The position numbers and the translations under genes are program-made. This document shows, piece by piece, positions 37,078 to 52,249 of a DNA stretch of 64,000 nucleotides. This DNA comes from Octopus vulgaris (lineage: Eukaryota), in contig OX597817.1 in the NCBI GenBank assembly GCA_951406725.2, forward strand, positions 123,070,001 to 123,134,000. Direction: 5' to 3'. The stretch's first letter is position 1. Each line of letters opens with the position of its first letter. The notes beneath the pieces are model-generated. The model was not told the origin of the DNA. It saw nothing but the letters and a program-made list of their open reading frames with translations, and made no database searches.

Positions 37078-39049
37078 TGTATATATATATATGTGTATGC
37101 GTGTTGATGTCTATTTTATCCATCTCCCAGTTTGTATATAAAAAATATGACTAATAAAAATACACCAAGCAGGCAATATACCTGAGGGCAAATCTATGAT
37201 TAAAAGCATTTCAGAAATGGCCATCCCATTATTGACGTACCTACATACATTTATATATGTACACACACACACACACACACATAAACACACACACACACAC
37301 ACAAACACGTGGAACCACATGGCGCAATGTATCTATATATTATGAAAATAGGGTGTTATATTCAGGAGATTAGGCTACTATTTCTAGAAGATCGATTGGT
37401 TTCTTTGTGGCCTTCCTCTTTGGATCAAGCAGAGTGGTTGTTAGCAGCGAAATTAATAGATATGATAGAATGAATAAATATTTAATCTCACCTTACAGCA
37501 TTTTTTCTTATTATACATTAAGTCTATCATCTCTTTATGTTCTGCCTTCAATACCAACAAAGTGGGTTTGCTTTCCGTTCCTATCCTTGAAACTCCCATT
37601 TTTTAATCTCCTATCCTTGAAACTAACCATATATACTGGACAATACACCAGCACGATCACAGATCAATGATAGATACCAGCAAAATGGTAAAAAGTATAA
37701 ATGGATAATGTAGTGAAGAAGACGAAGTCGAAATATACTTAGTTCCCATAAAAAGGTGTACAAGGATAGAAATCAATAACTAAGAACTAGATTGGAATAC
37801 AAAAAGGAAACTATAAGTGAATGATAATCGTTTATTTGGAAATATTTGATAGAGAATATATAAAATTCAGGAATCAACGAGACCTCTAATTCTCTAGTGA
37901 CGATAAACACTGAAACTTAAATGAAAATAGATTCTAATTTAGGCACAAATTTTATCGAGCTTGAAAGGATGAAAGGCAAAGTTTATTTCGTTTGGACTTG
38001 AACTTCGTACGCAAAGAGTCGGTCTACGAATGATACAAAGCATTTATTCTGACGCTCTAACGATTCTGCCAATACATAGCTATTCCACTCCACCGCCATT
38101 AAGTTTACATGATGAGAAATTTTCACATTGGTCGGTCGTACCCGCTGTGTCAAAATGGTGTCGTGATTAAAGTGCTAGAAAACTGAGTGCATAGTTGCAA
38201 GTTCATTTCATACCACAGTTAGTTTCGTTGCGCATATCAGAACAAGGATCTGCAATTACTTCTGTATTACTATATATTCTAGTAATACAGCGTGACATAG
38301 AATTTGCACATCAGAGTCAATACACAAGCGTATTTATCATAATCCTTGTAAGGAAATTTCTGCGAAATGTGTTGAAACTATTTTCAATCTTCTGTTGCAA
38401 GATAATGGCGTAGCCAGGTGAAGAAAAAGATTAAAAAAAAGAAATCAGATGTTTCGTTGATCAAATTCAGTTTGTTTATTGTCATTTGTATAGGACTGGA
38501 ACACGTCAGATCCAAATGAAACGAACCAAATGGAATAAAACCAATACGATTATTGTTGTGTGTAGATGGAAAATAAGATATAAAGAAAAAGAGTGTGTGT
38601 TCATGTGTTTTAAACATGACATGATGTTTACAAACAAAGATGATTGGTTATCTTCTTGTTTACGTCATCCAAAGAGTTTTACGTACACATAACTGGTTAA
38701 ATTTATCAAGGCGTCATCACACCTACAAGTGTTTTAAATATTTCATGATGTTTACAAACGAACACGATTGTTTACCTTTTTGCTGACGTCATTCAAATAA
38801 TTTGACGGGCAGTTATTGGATGTCATTGAATAAAATTTTCATGGCGCTATCATTCAATCGAAATACCCCGTCTTGTCTCTTAAATTCTTGTAATAGAATA
38901 TACAAATTCATGTTCAAATTGGGACTGCCATCTGCTTCACTTACAATTTTCTTTTAAAGTCTCATGAAAATCAATCCCAAATTCTCAAACTCTTTGCTGT
39001 TTGGATGATTTGAGAAATGATAGTAATATTGGGACTCAATCCGGACCTA

Positions 39050-39410
39050 CATGGTTCCGAGTTTAGTCCCACTGCATGGCACCTCAGGAAAGTGTCTTTT
39101 ACTATAGCTTCAATCCGACCAAAGTCAGGCGAGTGGATTTGGTAGACGGAAACCAAAAGAGGCCTGTTATATATGTATATATATATATGCATCTGAGTTT
39201 TTCCGTCTGTGTTCGTCCCCACCCTAACTACCGCTTCACAACCGGTGTTGGTCTTTTTACATCTCAGTAACTTAGCGGTTCTGCAAAAAAGAGACCGATA
39301 GAATAAATATTAAACTTTCAAATTTAAAAATTCGATTAAAATACTTCAATGCGGTACCCCGGCATGGACGCAGTCTAATGACTGAAACAAGTAAAAGATA
39401 AAAGATAAAA
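39050..39410 (+). mobile_element. Family-B SINE, 5'-truncated and diverged
   Basis: CATGGTTCCGAGTTTAGTCCCACTGC...GACTGAAACAAGTAAAAGA. Confidence 0.85.
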
Positions 39411-39914
39411 TATATGAAATAATTGTTCCCACCATCGGTATAACGCCATAAAATCAGCGGGAAAGTTATAATCGATTAAATTGACTCCAGTTCTAGAGGG
39501 GCACTTTATTTTATTGATCCCGAAAGGTAAGGAGACAAAGTTAATTTATTTGGGATTTTAACTCCGAATTTAAAGAGACGGAAGAAATACCGCGTGGCAT
39601 TTTGTTCAGCCTTCTAAAGTTTCTGCCAGTCTACCATCCTTAATAATGTATGTGGTAGACATATGACTAAAACTTTGTTGGGAGGGATTACACAATTAAA
39701 TTAAGAATTCGAGACTTGACTGGCATTTATTTTATCGGCCTCGAAAGGATAAAAGGTAAAATTGAACGAGATGGAATTTGAACCTAGAACGTAAAGATCT
39801 GGATCAATTAGCACAATAATTTTAGTCCGATATGTCTGGTAGTTAATCACTTTATGCATTTAAAGTATCAAGCTATGAAATCATTCAAGGTGATTGTTAT
39901 TGCTGAAGAAGTTA

Positions 39915-40325
39915 CTCTTTTTCTTTTTTACTTGTTTCACTCATTTGACTGTGGCCATGCTGGAGCACCGCCTTTAGTCGAGCAAATCGAACCCAGGACT
40001 TATTCTTTGTAAGCCTAGTACTTATTCTATCGGTCTCTTTTACCGAACCGCCAAGTTACGGGGACGTAAACACACCAGCATCGGTTGTCAAGCGGTGTTG
40101 AGGGGACAAACACAGACACACAAACGTATACACACACATACATATATACATATATACATATATACGACGGGTTTCTTTCAGTTTCCATCTACCAAATCCC
40201 CTCACAAGGCGTTGGTCGGCGCGAGGCTATAGTAGAAGACACTTGTCCAAGGTGCCACACAGTGGGAATGAACCCAGAACCATGTGGTTGGTTAGCAAGC
40301 TACTTACCACACAGCCACTCCTGCG
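39915..40325 (-). mobile_element. Family-B SINE, full length
   Basis: Matches the other family-B copies. Confidence 0.9.
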
Positions 40326-43300
40326 TTGATTGTTTATTGACATATCCAGCTATAAAAAATCGGTTGCCTCAAATAAAACTTTCTCATCGAACTTAACTAG
40401 GTACACTTGATTAAAAGAAAAAAATGCGAAAAACACCCACAAGGATAAGGTAATGAAATAGCTTTTTCGTTAGAGCGATGGCTAGAATACCTTGCAGTGT
40501 TTGTTCTAACAGTCTGCGCTCCTGTCGAGCTCAAATTTGCCTATCAGGTTAATAAAAGAAATACCAATCGAAGATAGTGGGCTGGCGGAACGATTACAAC
40601 AAAGGTGAGATACCTTACAGCATCTGCTCTGGTTCAATGCGACTACACTGGAGCTAATCTGCATCTCAAGGCAGCGGCTTTTCCCTTTGATAAACATAGA
40701 TATTGTAATAAAAGGAGACTTGCATACATGAACAACAGCTAGTTTTTTACAAAAGGACACCGTTCAATGCCGTTGATTCGTGTGCAGAGGCACCTGGTCA
40801 GCCTTGGCTGACAGAAGTTAGTGGTGTAAGTAATGCAAAACCCAGTCATTCAAACCATGACATTCCCATCGAATTTTTAGGAATTGTTTTCCTTGGACTA
40901 CATCATCATCTCAATCAAATGTGAATTAAGGCAAAAATTAGCTGTTGTTTCTCGCAAGTTCAAACGACTATATTAGGTCAATAAGCATATACAAGAATGC
41001 GACACTGTAGATGCATGCTAAAATATCTGAGTACAGTTGACCAGTAAAACGACAAATAAATGAATAAATAAATTTAAAAAATTAGCATGGCCACAAGCCA
41101 CTGTCTAGACCATTTAAAGAAAAGAAAAAAAGAGGGTATTCAACGGAAAAAAGACAATGATTGTAACATGTGCAAGCTATCCTAGAGCAGCATGATTGAA
41201 GTGGTTGATGTTGAGTTCGATGATGTCTAGATCGATGTCTGTATCTTAAAAATGATTTGCATAAACATATTTCTGCGTGTCGCAGCTCAGATGAAGTATA
41301 ATCAAGAAACGTATCTAGTGTGAAATCTGAAATGTAAGAGATATAGAAAGTAAGGCAAAGTGAGAAGAGAGATATATGTATAGCGACAATGAAAATATAT
41401 AGTATATGTTTTATGAACGGAAAGGTGATGTAAACGTGTCTTTTTTTTAAAAAAAGTCGTTAGAGCATCGGATATAATTTGCTCCACTTCAAACCTTTCT
41501 GAGGTCAGCTATGCTTTCATCTTTCCAGGTCGATAAATCAACTACAAGGGTATTTAGCCCTGGGTCATGGATTGGTAGATTTGTTAGTATGTTCGATAAG
41601 ATTCTTTGGAGATTTTTGCTGCTGTAACCGCAACACCTGTGGCGAAATTATGCCAAGCTGTATTAGGCCTTTCTTCTGTTTTTGATGTGTAGAGATGTAG
41701 CTTACGCGCATCAGCAACCACTGGTATTCTCTACAAAAAGAACCTTGCCCAGCCATGCACCTTTGTAAAATTTCCAGAAGCGAATCAATAGTCTCCTGTG
41801 GAATACTGAAGTTCCGAATAATTAAGTTGCTCAACTGAAGGATTCTAGCTTGTCAATTTTGTACTTTGGATACGTTCATTATCGTAAGAATGGGATTAGG
41901 AACTCATGCTCCAAGAAATAAGAGATGGAAGGAGCTTATGACTGGATAGATTAGTAAGAAGTGTCTTCTAATAACTACGATCTAAAACATTGTAGATATC
42001 AAAGATAACATTGATTTCGTTGAAGCTTTCAAAGATGAGAGACCAGAAGTGAATAAAGTATGAAAACAAGTCTCCAGTTCATCTGTCGCTATGAACATCT
42101 TATTCTGATGTTCCTTAAAGAGAGAGAGAGGCGGGGAAGAGAGATAGAGAGATGGAAAGAAAGAGAATTAATGTTATTGTCGAAATGGTTGTTTAGCTCC
42201 AAATCAACCCTGATTAAGCAGTGTTATGATCAAAATCATTCCAAATTTAACCATCCTTACCTTAAGGCTTTCTAGGATTAGATTATCTAATGTGATCGTC
42301 CCATTTTAAGCCAATATTCTATAATCTGAGAGAAGACTAGCTGTCATTTTTGAGGGAAATGGCATTTGAATTTCGATTGCTTACGATTACCTCAATTATT
42401 CTGGAAATACATTTACATCTGTACACCTTAGTCTAGTCTAATTTTACATGTAATTAATATCTCATGTAATAATGATATCGATGCAGATAAAATGACATTA
42501 ATTTTTGTGGGAAGCAGTAACCGATTATGCTTACCCCAACAAGTGACTGGTACTTTATTTTTTCTATTTCGAAAAAGTAAAAAAAAAACATACAAAACAA
42601 AAGCGACTAAAAGAAACGCTGTCATCAGTGAAATTTATGATGACAAGATCTGATGACAAGCGCTACAGTAGTCTGGCGTTCAATTTACTTGGGGATCGTC
42701 ACTATCTTATCTTCTGAACCCCTGCCTGCCATGAGCCGCATTTGGGGATCTGCTACAAACAGTCTCACTGCCGGTTGTTCGTTGTATTTAAAGGGAATTG
42801 CTTATGTACATTGCATTTGCAGAGGTGTGTTTAACAATATTTAGTAGTTAACGTTTGTAATTATTAATTCTGGCTAATTCTAGAGGACATTTCATGTCAT
42901 AAATCGCTATTTTTAAACTACAAAAATATTGACTGTTTTGAAAACTTTTTTGTTTTTGCATTTCCTATCTATATCATTCGTTGATATTTCATACACATTC
43001 GCATTTGATGCTATAATTTCAAGACATAACTAAAATGTTTATTATTGTAATTGAATAGAAAAGGATACATATGCCTTATTTCAGCGATTCCCATTTAGGA
43101 CTTTTTGAAAAGTTTATCATAATTTCCAAAATAATTCACATATTAAGAAAATTCAAATACTATATATTATTTTAACTTCTAAGACACCTGGCAAAGCCAA
43201 AAAAATAAATAAAAAAATTTAGCAGTTAATGGGTTAATGCTCTAAATTTAGAATGAGCAGCAGTCTTCGAAAACAGTATCCCCAGGGCTTATGAGATGTT

Positions 43301-44339
43301 TACATTCTTTACAGATATATAAACTGTTGTGAGTTTAGTTTTAATTCAATACCAGAATAACTTTATTTAGAGAGAATGTGTTGTTGATTTAATCGAGTTT
43401 ATTACTTCAACTGCTATTTTTCATCAGTTGCAGAGAGATGAAAAGGAAAGTATCATTTTGCAGAATTTAATTAGAAAATCCAGAAAGAGGAATCTAATTT
43501 CTACATGCTTCTATCCTGTTCACCACTTTTCAAATATAATTATTAAAGATTCTGTCCACTCGTACAAAACTAGTTTTGTACAGAGAAACAGTTTTGCCAA
43601 ATAGACTGAGCGTACTGAGTGGATATCTGTTGCTTTACGATAAGTGTTCCAAGTGTTTGAACTAAAAGACAACCCACTCATTAACATATAAATAGACTAT
43701 ATGTTCCTCTGACAGGTGTACTTTACGTAGCATTTCGTAGAGAGTCACTGTATAACAATGTGTGACAAAGAAAGAATCGACAGGCATCTAATCCCTTTTT
43801 GTCCTCCAGTTTCACTCACAGGGCTTGAATAGATTTCAAGAACCGATAAAAGACAGCCAAGATGTTACGAAGAGAGATCGAATCCAAAACCCCTTGATTA
43901 TGGAGGAAATATTACCCATTCAGTCATGGTCATTGCTATCTTAAGATATAGGAGCATTGAGCAGTTGCACATGAGACGCACGCTTGTAGGGACCCAATTC
44001 TGTTCTATGTATGCTATGGTCAGCTCTCAAGTAAATAAATACTACGGGGCCCAGCGGCTGACTTGCTTGGAGGACTTTAATGCTGTTAAGACAACGTAGC
44101 TAAGGTGATACCAAATTAAGTTCAAATATTAACACAAGGTCATAATTTAGTGAGTTGTATGTATAGTCGGTTGAATTAATTCCCTGGTTCATTATACTAT
44201 TGATCCTGGAAGGATGACAGGAAAAATTTGACTTCGAGAAGATTTGAAATCATAACGTAAAGAGTGGTATCTTAAACAATTTTGTCCCATAGTGTAACAA
44301 ATTTTCCAACCACCATTTCAGGCTATTATATTATTGGTT

Positions 44340-44755
44340 TAAGATCTTGGCAGAAAAACAGCCAGTTGATGGGCAAGGATAAGCCGATTACAGTGATCCC
44401 AGTGTTCAGTACTTATTTTATCGATCTCGAAAGGATGAAAGGCAAGTCGACCTCTGCAGAATTTGAACATAGAACGTGAAAGCGGAGGAAACACTGCTAT
44501 GCATTTTCCCCGGCATGTTAACGATTCTATCAGCTCGCCACCTTACGGGTAGTATATTTTGGCACAAGGCCAGCTAGCTCAGAGGAGGGAGTAAGTCACT
44601 TGGATCGACCCCAGTGTTTAACTGGCACTTATATTTTATCGAATCTGAAAAAACGAAAGGCAAAGTCGGCCTCGGCGGAATTTAAACTCAGAATGTACAG
44701 ACAGACGAAAATTCTCTAAGCCGGCATGCTAACGTTTCTGCGAGTTCGCCGCCAT
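44340..44755 (-). mobile_element. Two tandem family-A SINEs
   Basis: Two heads (about 44543 and 44753), each followed by B-box-like and CCTTT..C...TCGATAAAA segments. Confidence 0.8.
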
Positions 44756-45235
44756 CGGGTAGTATATTATTAAGAATGAATTTATGCTGTTCTAATACCT
44801 GGTTGATACTAGATCACTTCTGACTGAACAAATCTAATGATAAACGAGGTTCTAGCCATGACCATCTAATCTTTTATTTAGCTGTATATCTAAGAGTACA
44901 TTATTTAATATGGCCTTACTACTTTTTTTTATTAATATTATAGGATGCGAATTGAGATCAGATGTAGCTGCTGTTTCTCACAGGTAATGTAAGCGATCGC
45001 ATAATCAAATAGTGTTCATATGAAGACTCATTCTTTGACTCGGGAAATTACTTTATAGATGAAGAAACCCAAAAGGTGACTATTATATGATATAAACTAT
45101 GAAGTGGTGGGATTTCCTAAAATCGTACCACTGTAAAAATTAATTGAGACATACAAGATTTTCAAATCACTAATATATATATACATACATGCATACTTAC
45201 ATATATATATATTTATATATACATACATACTTACA

Positions 45236-45309
<74 letters not shown>

Positions 45310-46334
45310 TGATAACAAGTAATAAGAGGAATTAAACGTAAAATATGGTTTTGTCTGGAGGAAACAAGCAAAAAGATGTTTTCTAAACAAAAACATCTGT
45401 ATGAAACGTATAAAAAGTAAGATATTTTAGAATTTAAAAAAAAAAGGAAATTTGTTACGAATCTTATTTCTTAGTAAACATGAAATTTGTGAGAAGTAAG
45501 TTTTCTATTACAAAGAGATGAAATATATTTTATAAAGCGGGAAAAATAATTTATAATTTAGTTCGCCGATAAACAAAAATATTGATAAAGAGAAAATATG
45601 TTTGAGTTATCACATACAAACATTCAAAAGAAATTCTTATAAAAAATGTTTTAATTTAGGTAGTTTTAGCGTAAAATATGTATTATTTAATACATTAAAA
45701 CAGAAAAAAGTAAAATAAATGAATTCGGTTTTAAAAATATAGGTTATTGAAATTAAAAGAAAAGCAGAAAATGAATATTTACATGGTCATATACACGTAG
45801 ACATACGCATATTTATTTATATAAACATACATATATTTACCTGTAGGTGAATATTACAGATACGTTTAGTTTATATACCAGCTTGCTGCAGTGATAACAG
45901 TTAAAGCTCTCTATCACCAAAACAACGTTTTTTAAGACGACTTACAATGTCTCAAGTAGAGTTATTTGAATACGCATTATACTGAAAAATATTTCAACAA
46001 AATATGATTCATTGCTTCATTAAAAAAATAAATACAAGGACTGCAGTAAAACTAAACATTTAATAAAAATGAACATTACTAAATAAATGAAAGAAAATAC
46101 TTTGTAAATAAAAATTTGTTTTCGCATTTTTATCACTTTGTGCAACATCTGCATGTCCTTAGTGATGCCAAAGATATGTTGTTCCAATCAACGTAGCGAC
46201 TGAAAACCTGCTATTGTTAGCCGCGTCACCAAGAACCCTGTATTCGGCCTACATTCAATACGATGCCAGGTTTTTGAATAAAATTTAGTAAACATCACAT
46301 AATTTGTATGAAATACACACAGAGAGAAATTTTT

Positions 46335-46620
46335 CTCAAGGCCTTGTGAGTGGATTTGATAGATGGAAACTCAAAGAAGCTCGTCGTGTATGTGTGTGTA
46401 TATGTTTTTGTGTCTGTGTTTGTCCCCCTAATGTCGCTTGACAATCAATGCTGGTGTGTTTACCTCCCCATAACTTAGCGGTTCGTCAAAATTGACCGAT
46501 AGAATAAGTACTAGGCTCACAAAGAATAAGTCCTAGGGCCGATTTGCTCGACTCAAGGCGGTGTTCCAGCTTGGCCGCAGTCAAATGACTGAAACAAGTA
46601 AAAAAGTAAAGAGTAAAAGA
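46335..46620 (+). mobile_element. Family-B SINE, 5'-truncated
   Basis: GCCTTGTGAGTGGATTTG...GACTGAAACAAGT. Confidence 0.87.
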
Positions 46621-46630
46621 TATATATACA

Positions 46631-46667
<37 letters not shown>

Positions 46668-49578
46668 TGAATGTATGTATGTATGTATGTAAGTATGTAT
46701 GTATATATGAGTTCAGTATTTTTTGCCGAACAACCAGCACAAATGACTTGCTTATAGTGACCAACCGTTCGTTTTGCATATTAGCTGGCTCCGACCGAGT
46801 TCATCACGTCCCTCACAAATGCTGACCCTATAAGACAGTCGTCCGCAGTCGAGGCTGTGTATGTATGTATGCATGTATGTATGTAGCGAGATTTACCTGT
46901 TATCTATTAAAGGTATATATTCAGAGGCTCTCACCACAATCTTCGTTTACCATATCTGCCTAACAAGATATTTGATCGGCCTAAGGTAGAAAACTTTGTC
47001 AGAGAAAACAGGAATAGAGCCAAAGCATATACCCCAAGACATTCTATCTAATACTATAACGACAGTGATTTCTCATGCACGCATGCGCCTGCACACTCAG
47101 AAACATATACATGCACACAAGCAGAGCAGGATTCCTTAAAAAAACTCTCTTTAATTGCTTGAAATAGAAGGCAAGTATCCTTCAACCTGTATATTATCGT
47201 CTTAAAAAAGGAATGACTCATGAGAACACGAGAAAGTGTAATCTGCAGAAAATAAATAAATAAATATGAAATAAATGAATAGAAAAATAAAAATAAAAGT
47301 GGGATGGTACCATTATGGTTGCCAACGTCTTTTTATCGACCAGGCCAATCAGAGGCTAAACAACTGCCCACACAAAATTGGGGATGTTAACAAAATAGTG
47401 TAAAAGACATATAAAACAGGGAGTTTTAATTAGATTTTGTTGTTGTTGTGTTTGTTGTTGTACTAATGAAGTTATAACGGAAAATATTGAAAGGACGAAA
47501 AAAGATCCGAAACTCTATAAAGTGTTTCTTAGATAAGGCTAAAGAAATTCCACATTAAAACTTAAAGTTGATAATTTGATCATTGAATGCATTATCATAA
47601 ATTTTACATGTATTCATTCTCAAACAGCTTCACTAATGACAGTAATGCTGTTTATGATTGAAAGAGAGAATTTTAAAGAAAGTTATCAATAAATAATTGT
47701 ATGAATGATGACAAAAAACTTTAAGAATCGGCAAGATTTCAGTAAATGTAACCCAAAATGAATGATAATTTTGGAATGTTATACTTGGCAAAAATCTGGA
47801 GCTGAAGATAAAATTCATCCATCAACCAATAGAAGCAATCCATTATATAACTGTAATATTTATTTCAGATCTTATGCTAATTAATGCTAATTTATGCTGA
47901 TTTATTGATATCTCTGATAATTCACTCTCGAAGAAACAAACACTGCACGATTTGTATTGTTTGTATATTTGATTTATTTTGTCCTCGCTTGCTTGTTTAT
48001 TTTTGGTATTTCTTTGTCTTTTGGGATTGCATTCATTCAAAATTAATCACGTGTGGTAGAGACAAAATCACCGAGTCACTTCAATCTGTTTAATTATCAA
48101 CATATGAGTTGTGAGTTCAAATCCTCATTCGATGTTCACTTATATTTCCTCAAAAGATAATGCAGTCAATAAATTTCAGATTTTGTGTTTATTTGTCGTT
48201 TTATTCTTTGGAATTGAAAGGGCAGGTGTACAAGCTTTTGTTAGAGCCTCTGTGCCTGGAACAAGGAAGGGAAGGGAAAGTATTTAGCTTTAGACTAGAG
48301 TCCCGATACTTGCGTTAATGTGGACTCTATGTAAGGCGCACATGAAGTATATAGGTTTAATACGCGTGGCAGATTAATTCTACCAGCACAGCAATAGAAA
48401 TGGTACCTCTGATGGCTTTACGAAATTTAATTTGTTTAGTCTTGATTAAATGATAGAAAACACTTCTACTTGCTGCACAAAGTGATCGAACATGAAACCA
48501 CGAGGTTATGAACCGAACCTATTAATTACAGAGCTATGTACCTAACTTCCAAAATATGCAGACTTGGGTTTCGATTTGCTCGACTAAAGGCGGTGCTCCA
48601 GCATGGCTGAAACAAATAAAAGAATAAAAGAAAAAAAAGAATACTCAATCTGCGAAATATTGATTTCGGATTTTAGCATAAGGCCAGTAATTTCGGGTGA
48701 AGGGACAAGTCGATTACACCGACTTCCTATGTTCAGCTGGTACTTATTTTATCGACCCCAAATGTATGAAAGAAAATGTCTACCGCGGCGGAATTTGAAG
48801 TTAGAATGTAAAGATGGGCAAAATGCCGCAAAGTGTGTGAAACAACGATATCTCTTGTAGCAGTACTTGAGACATATAGATATTTATTCTTATTGGTAGA
48901 GTCGTTAGGACAAGGATTACAATTCTTTGCAGTACTCTTTTTTTTTATCTCTTCGTGATCTGCGCTCAAATACTGTTTAACTGCGACGAAACTAACAACA
49001 CTTACCTTTCCTTAGGGGAAAGGAGACTTGCTGCAATATCAGCTCTTGGGCTTTCATTTTAATTCCATAATGCTTTCCCCCACCATAGACGAGAATCAGA
49101 TATTCTCAGTACAGAATACACTTAGTAGTTCTCCTGAGGTTTAAACTTGAGTGGGTAGAGAAGTAAGTGTACGGACAAGCAATTTAGGCAGGTCGATATA
49201 CAAAGAATATTTAATACATTAAATACAAAAGATGCATATGTAAATATATTGAATACATATATAAGCATATATATAAATACAGAATTTTACCAGTTGTTGA
49301 AATATTGTTAGTTTATCCAAAGCAGTAAATGATAAAAATTTTAGTGGTGTGAGTAGGTGGACAACATATACAAAAGCCACATAAATTATTCATCATATAG
49401 TACAACAGCAAAGGAAAGGTAACTCATGTTCTGAAAAGTTCGCTAAAGTACCCTGAGAAAATTATAATTTGTTGTAGAAACGTTTGATCCCATAATATTA
49501 TATTATTAGTTCAGAAACTTAAACCTACAGTGATTGTGTTTAGTACATCTAAGGTTAGATTACAGAAATAGTAGTCCT

Positions 49579-49580
49579 TG

Positions 49581-49650
<70 letters not shown>
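49579..49650. repeat. (GA)n microsatellite
   Basis: Direct reading. Confidence 0.95.
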
Positions 49651-49654
<4 letters not shown>

Positions 49655-50304
49655 ACGGAAGAGTGCCAAAAGGAGAATGATAGAGACCGAGAAATAAAGA
49701 AGTCAGACATAACTACCTAGAAATAGTAATAAGCACATCCATAGAATTTATATATTATATTAACAGAAAATTATATTCATAAGTAGTTAGCTAGACGGTA
49801 GCATAGATAAGTAGTTAAATAGAGACATAGAGAAAATCAACAAAAGTAAAATAGTGAAGAATTCAATCTCGTAAATTTAATTTACAAAAACTATACTTGT
49901 TTGCATTCTAGTTTTAGGTGGTGCAGGAATAATATTTAAATACATCCTTTCTGCACAGATTCTCAATTATGCTCACTAGAAAGAGTTAATAGGAGTGATA
50001 TTTTCTAAATATTGTGAACAATATATGTTTTTGCTTGAGGAGGTGAACTACTCATCAACATTGATGTTGATGAGTAATACAAGTACTATTTCGTTTAACG
50101 TATTAGGAGTTAATGGAAAATGAATTCTGTTGACCCCCGCCATCTCTCTATACACTCCGACTCACACGCACATACATACACACACATATATGTGTATGTT
50201 TATAATGCATGTATATATACATATATGTATATAATATGTTAAATAGCAGAGACAACGAAGCCAAGGCTGTGTGGACTTTTTGGACATTTATAAAGAGAAT
50301 GTTA

Positions 50305-50343
50305 GTCTTATAGCTGGTTCTGGGAATTTATCTTACCAGAGAC
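50305..50343 (-). ncRNA. Decayed hammerhead relic (probably inactive)
   Basis: Minus strand GTCT-CTGGTAA-...-GAA-CCAGCTAT-A-AGAC versus the ideal GTCT-CTGATGA..GAA-ACAGCTGT-A-AGAC. Confidence 0.45.
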
Positions 50344-50644
50344 GACATGAGGGAGTTAAAAAGAGGGAAACAGTAGAGTTCAGTATAAGGTATTATTTGG
50401 GAAAAAGATGGGTATAGGAAGTATATAGGGCAGGACTTTCCCGTCGAAAATGACGTATGAGTGTTCAGTTATTTTGCCGAACGACTACACAAAGGATTTG
50501 TTTATAGGTGTCGAAGTGATAGCAGAAGAACGTAAGATGAAGTGTTTTGCTCAAGAGCACAACGCAGTATCCGGTCTAGAAATTGAAACCAAGATCTCGC
50601 GATCGTGGGTACAACAGCCTACTTACGAGGCTGTTGTTACACAT

Positions 50645-50699
<55 letters not shown>

Positions 50700-50701
<2 letters not shown>

Positions 50702-51099
50702 TGTAGGAGTGGCTATGTGGTAAGTAGCTTGCTTACCAACCACATGGTTCCAGGTTCAGTCCCACTGCGTGGCACCTTGGGCAAGTGTCTTCTATTATAG
50801 CCTTCGGCCGACCAAAGCCTTGTGAGTAGATTTGGTAGACGGAAACTGAAAGAAGCCCGTCGTATATATGTATATATATATGTGTGTGTGTGTATATGTT
50901 TTTGTGTCTGTGTTTGTCTCCCCAACGTCGCTTGACAACCGGTGCTGGTATGTTTGCGTCTCCGTAACTTACCCTTTCGGCAAAAATGTCCGATCGAATA
51001 AGTATTAGATTTATAAAGTATAAGTCCTGGGGTCGATTTCTTTGACTAAAGGCGGTGCTCCAGCATGGCCACAGTTAAATGACTGAAACAAGTAAAAGA

Positions 51100-51100
<1 letters not shown>
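50700..51100 (+). mobile_element. Family-B SINE, full length, between (CA)n and (TA)n
   Basis: GGAGTGGCTATGTGGTAAG, GGTTCAGTCCC, ACCTTGGGCAAGT and the family tail. Confidence 0.92.
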
Positions 51101-51167
<67 letters not shown>

Positions 51168-51187
51168 ATGTATATGTATGTGTATAT

Positions 51188-52024
51188 ATGGAGGATGTTT
51201 GGGATAAATTTGACGATATTTTAATGTTTCCTTTTTCAGAAACAAATTGATGTAATGAAGAAATGCCCAAAGATGTTGGAATGTATAAAGATGAAAGTTG
51301 TAGCTGAGAAAAATTTAGGTGACCTGGACCAATGGAAATCATGTGAATATTGGAAGTGAGTTACCTTATTCATGAGGATTCGTGCCGGGTATCAAAATCC
51401 CGATATTATGACTGCTGCTCAATACCTTGTGAACACTGCAAGCATTGACTGCTGCAACGGAGACTACAAAGCTGTGGCCAGCAAGCAGACACACAGTTGG
51501 CGTTCTGATTGCGTCTGAACGCCAGATTTATCCTCACATCTTTGAACAGGGTCTTGGTCTCTGTCTAGTTGGCTATGTGAAACTGCTGAGCGTGGTCAAA
51601 CCCTGGCTGGAGGGGCTTGATGTTGAAAGGCAGCAGGATTAGGCTTATTGCTATACCTCCGAAAGAGTCAGAAGTGGTTGTCAAGTAATTTCTATGACTT
51701 CCTCAGGTCCAATTTCTGACCTACTAATACTATATATTACTATATGTAGGGCTCTCCCTGCAACACCGATGCTGAGCTGGTAGCCAAAATCAAGGTGATT
51801 GTATATCTTCCCAGTGACATTGTAAGGAAAGCATGCGCCAAATTATGAACCTGCCTTGAGGCCGTGGTGAAGGCTGACTCCGGATACTTTGAGCTCACAG
51901 TTATCTCTCAGTCATAATCTAGTTGATATTTTTTTGACTTTTTAAATATTTTTATTTTCGATTAGGATATTGTGTTTTTTTCTTCTTTTTATGCAAAGTA
52001 GCAAATTTAGACTGAACACCCAGT
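51188..52024 (+). mobile_element. Internally deleted Tc1/mariner-superfamily (DD37D/maT-like) transposon
   Basis: IMRIRAG..DIMTAAQ, VVKPWLE, QQD, QKWLSSNFYDF, LEAVVKADSGYFE; degenerate TIRs GGATGTTTGGGATAAATTTG / CAAATTTAGACTGAACACCC. Confidence 0.78.
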
Positions 52025-52249
52025 ATATATGAAAGTCGACGATAGGGCAGAAGCGTTAGCGTGTCACACAAAGTGCTAGCGGTATTTCTTTGCGCCCTGA
52101 GTTCAAATTCCTCCTAGGTAGTCTTCGCTTTTCAACATTTCGGGATCGATAAAATAAATAAATGCGAGTACTGGCACTGATAGAATCAACAAGCCCTCTC
52201 CCACTAAATTTCAAACCCTTGTATTAACATTAAAAAGAATTTATATACC

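Noticed and set aside
51240-51355. Apparent exon with good splice signals (TTTTTCAG...AA|GTGAGT) and an open frame
   Set aside because: Lies inside the left end of the DD37D-like transposon; no independent support for a host exon.
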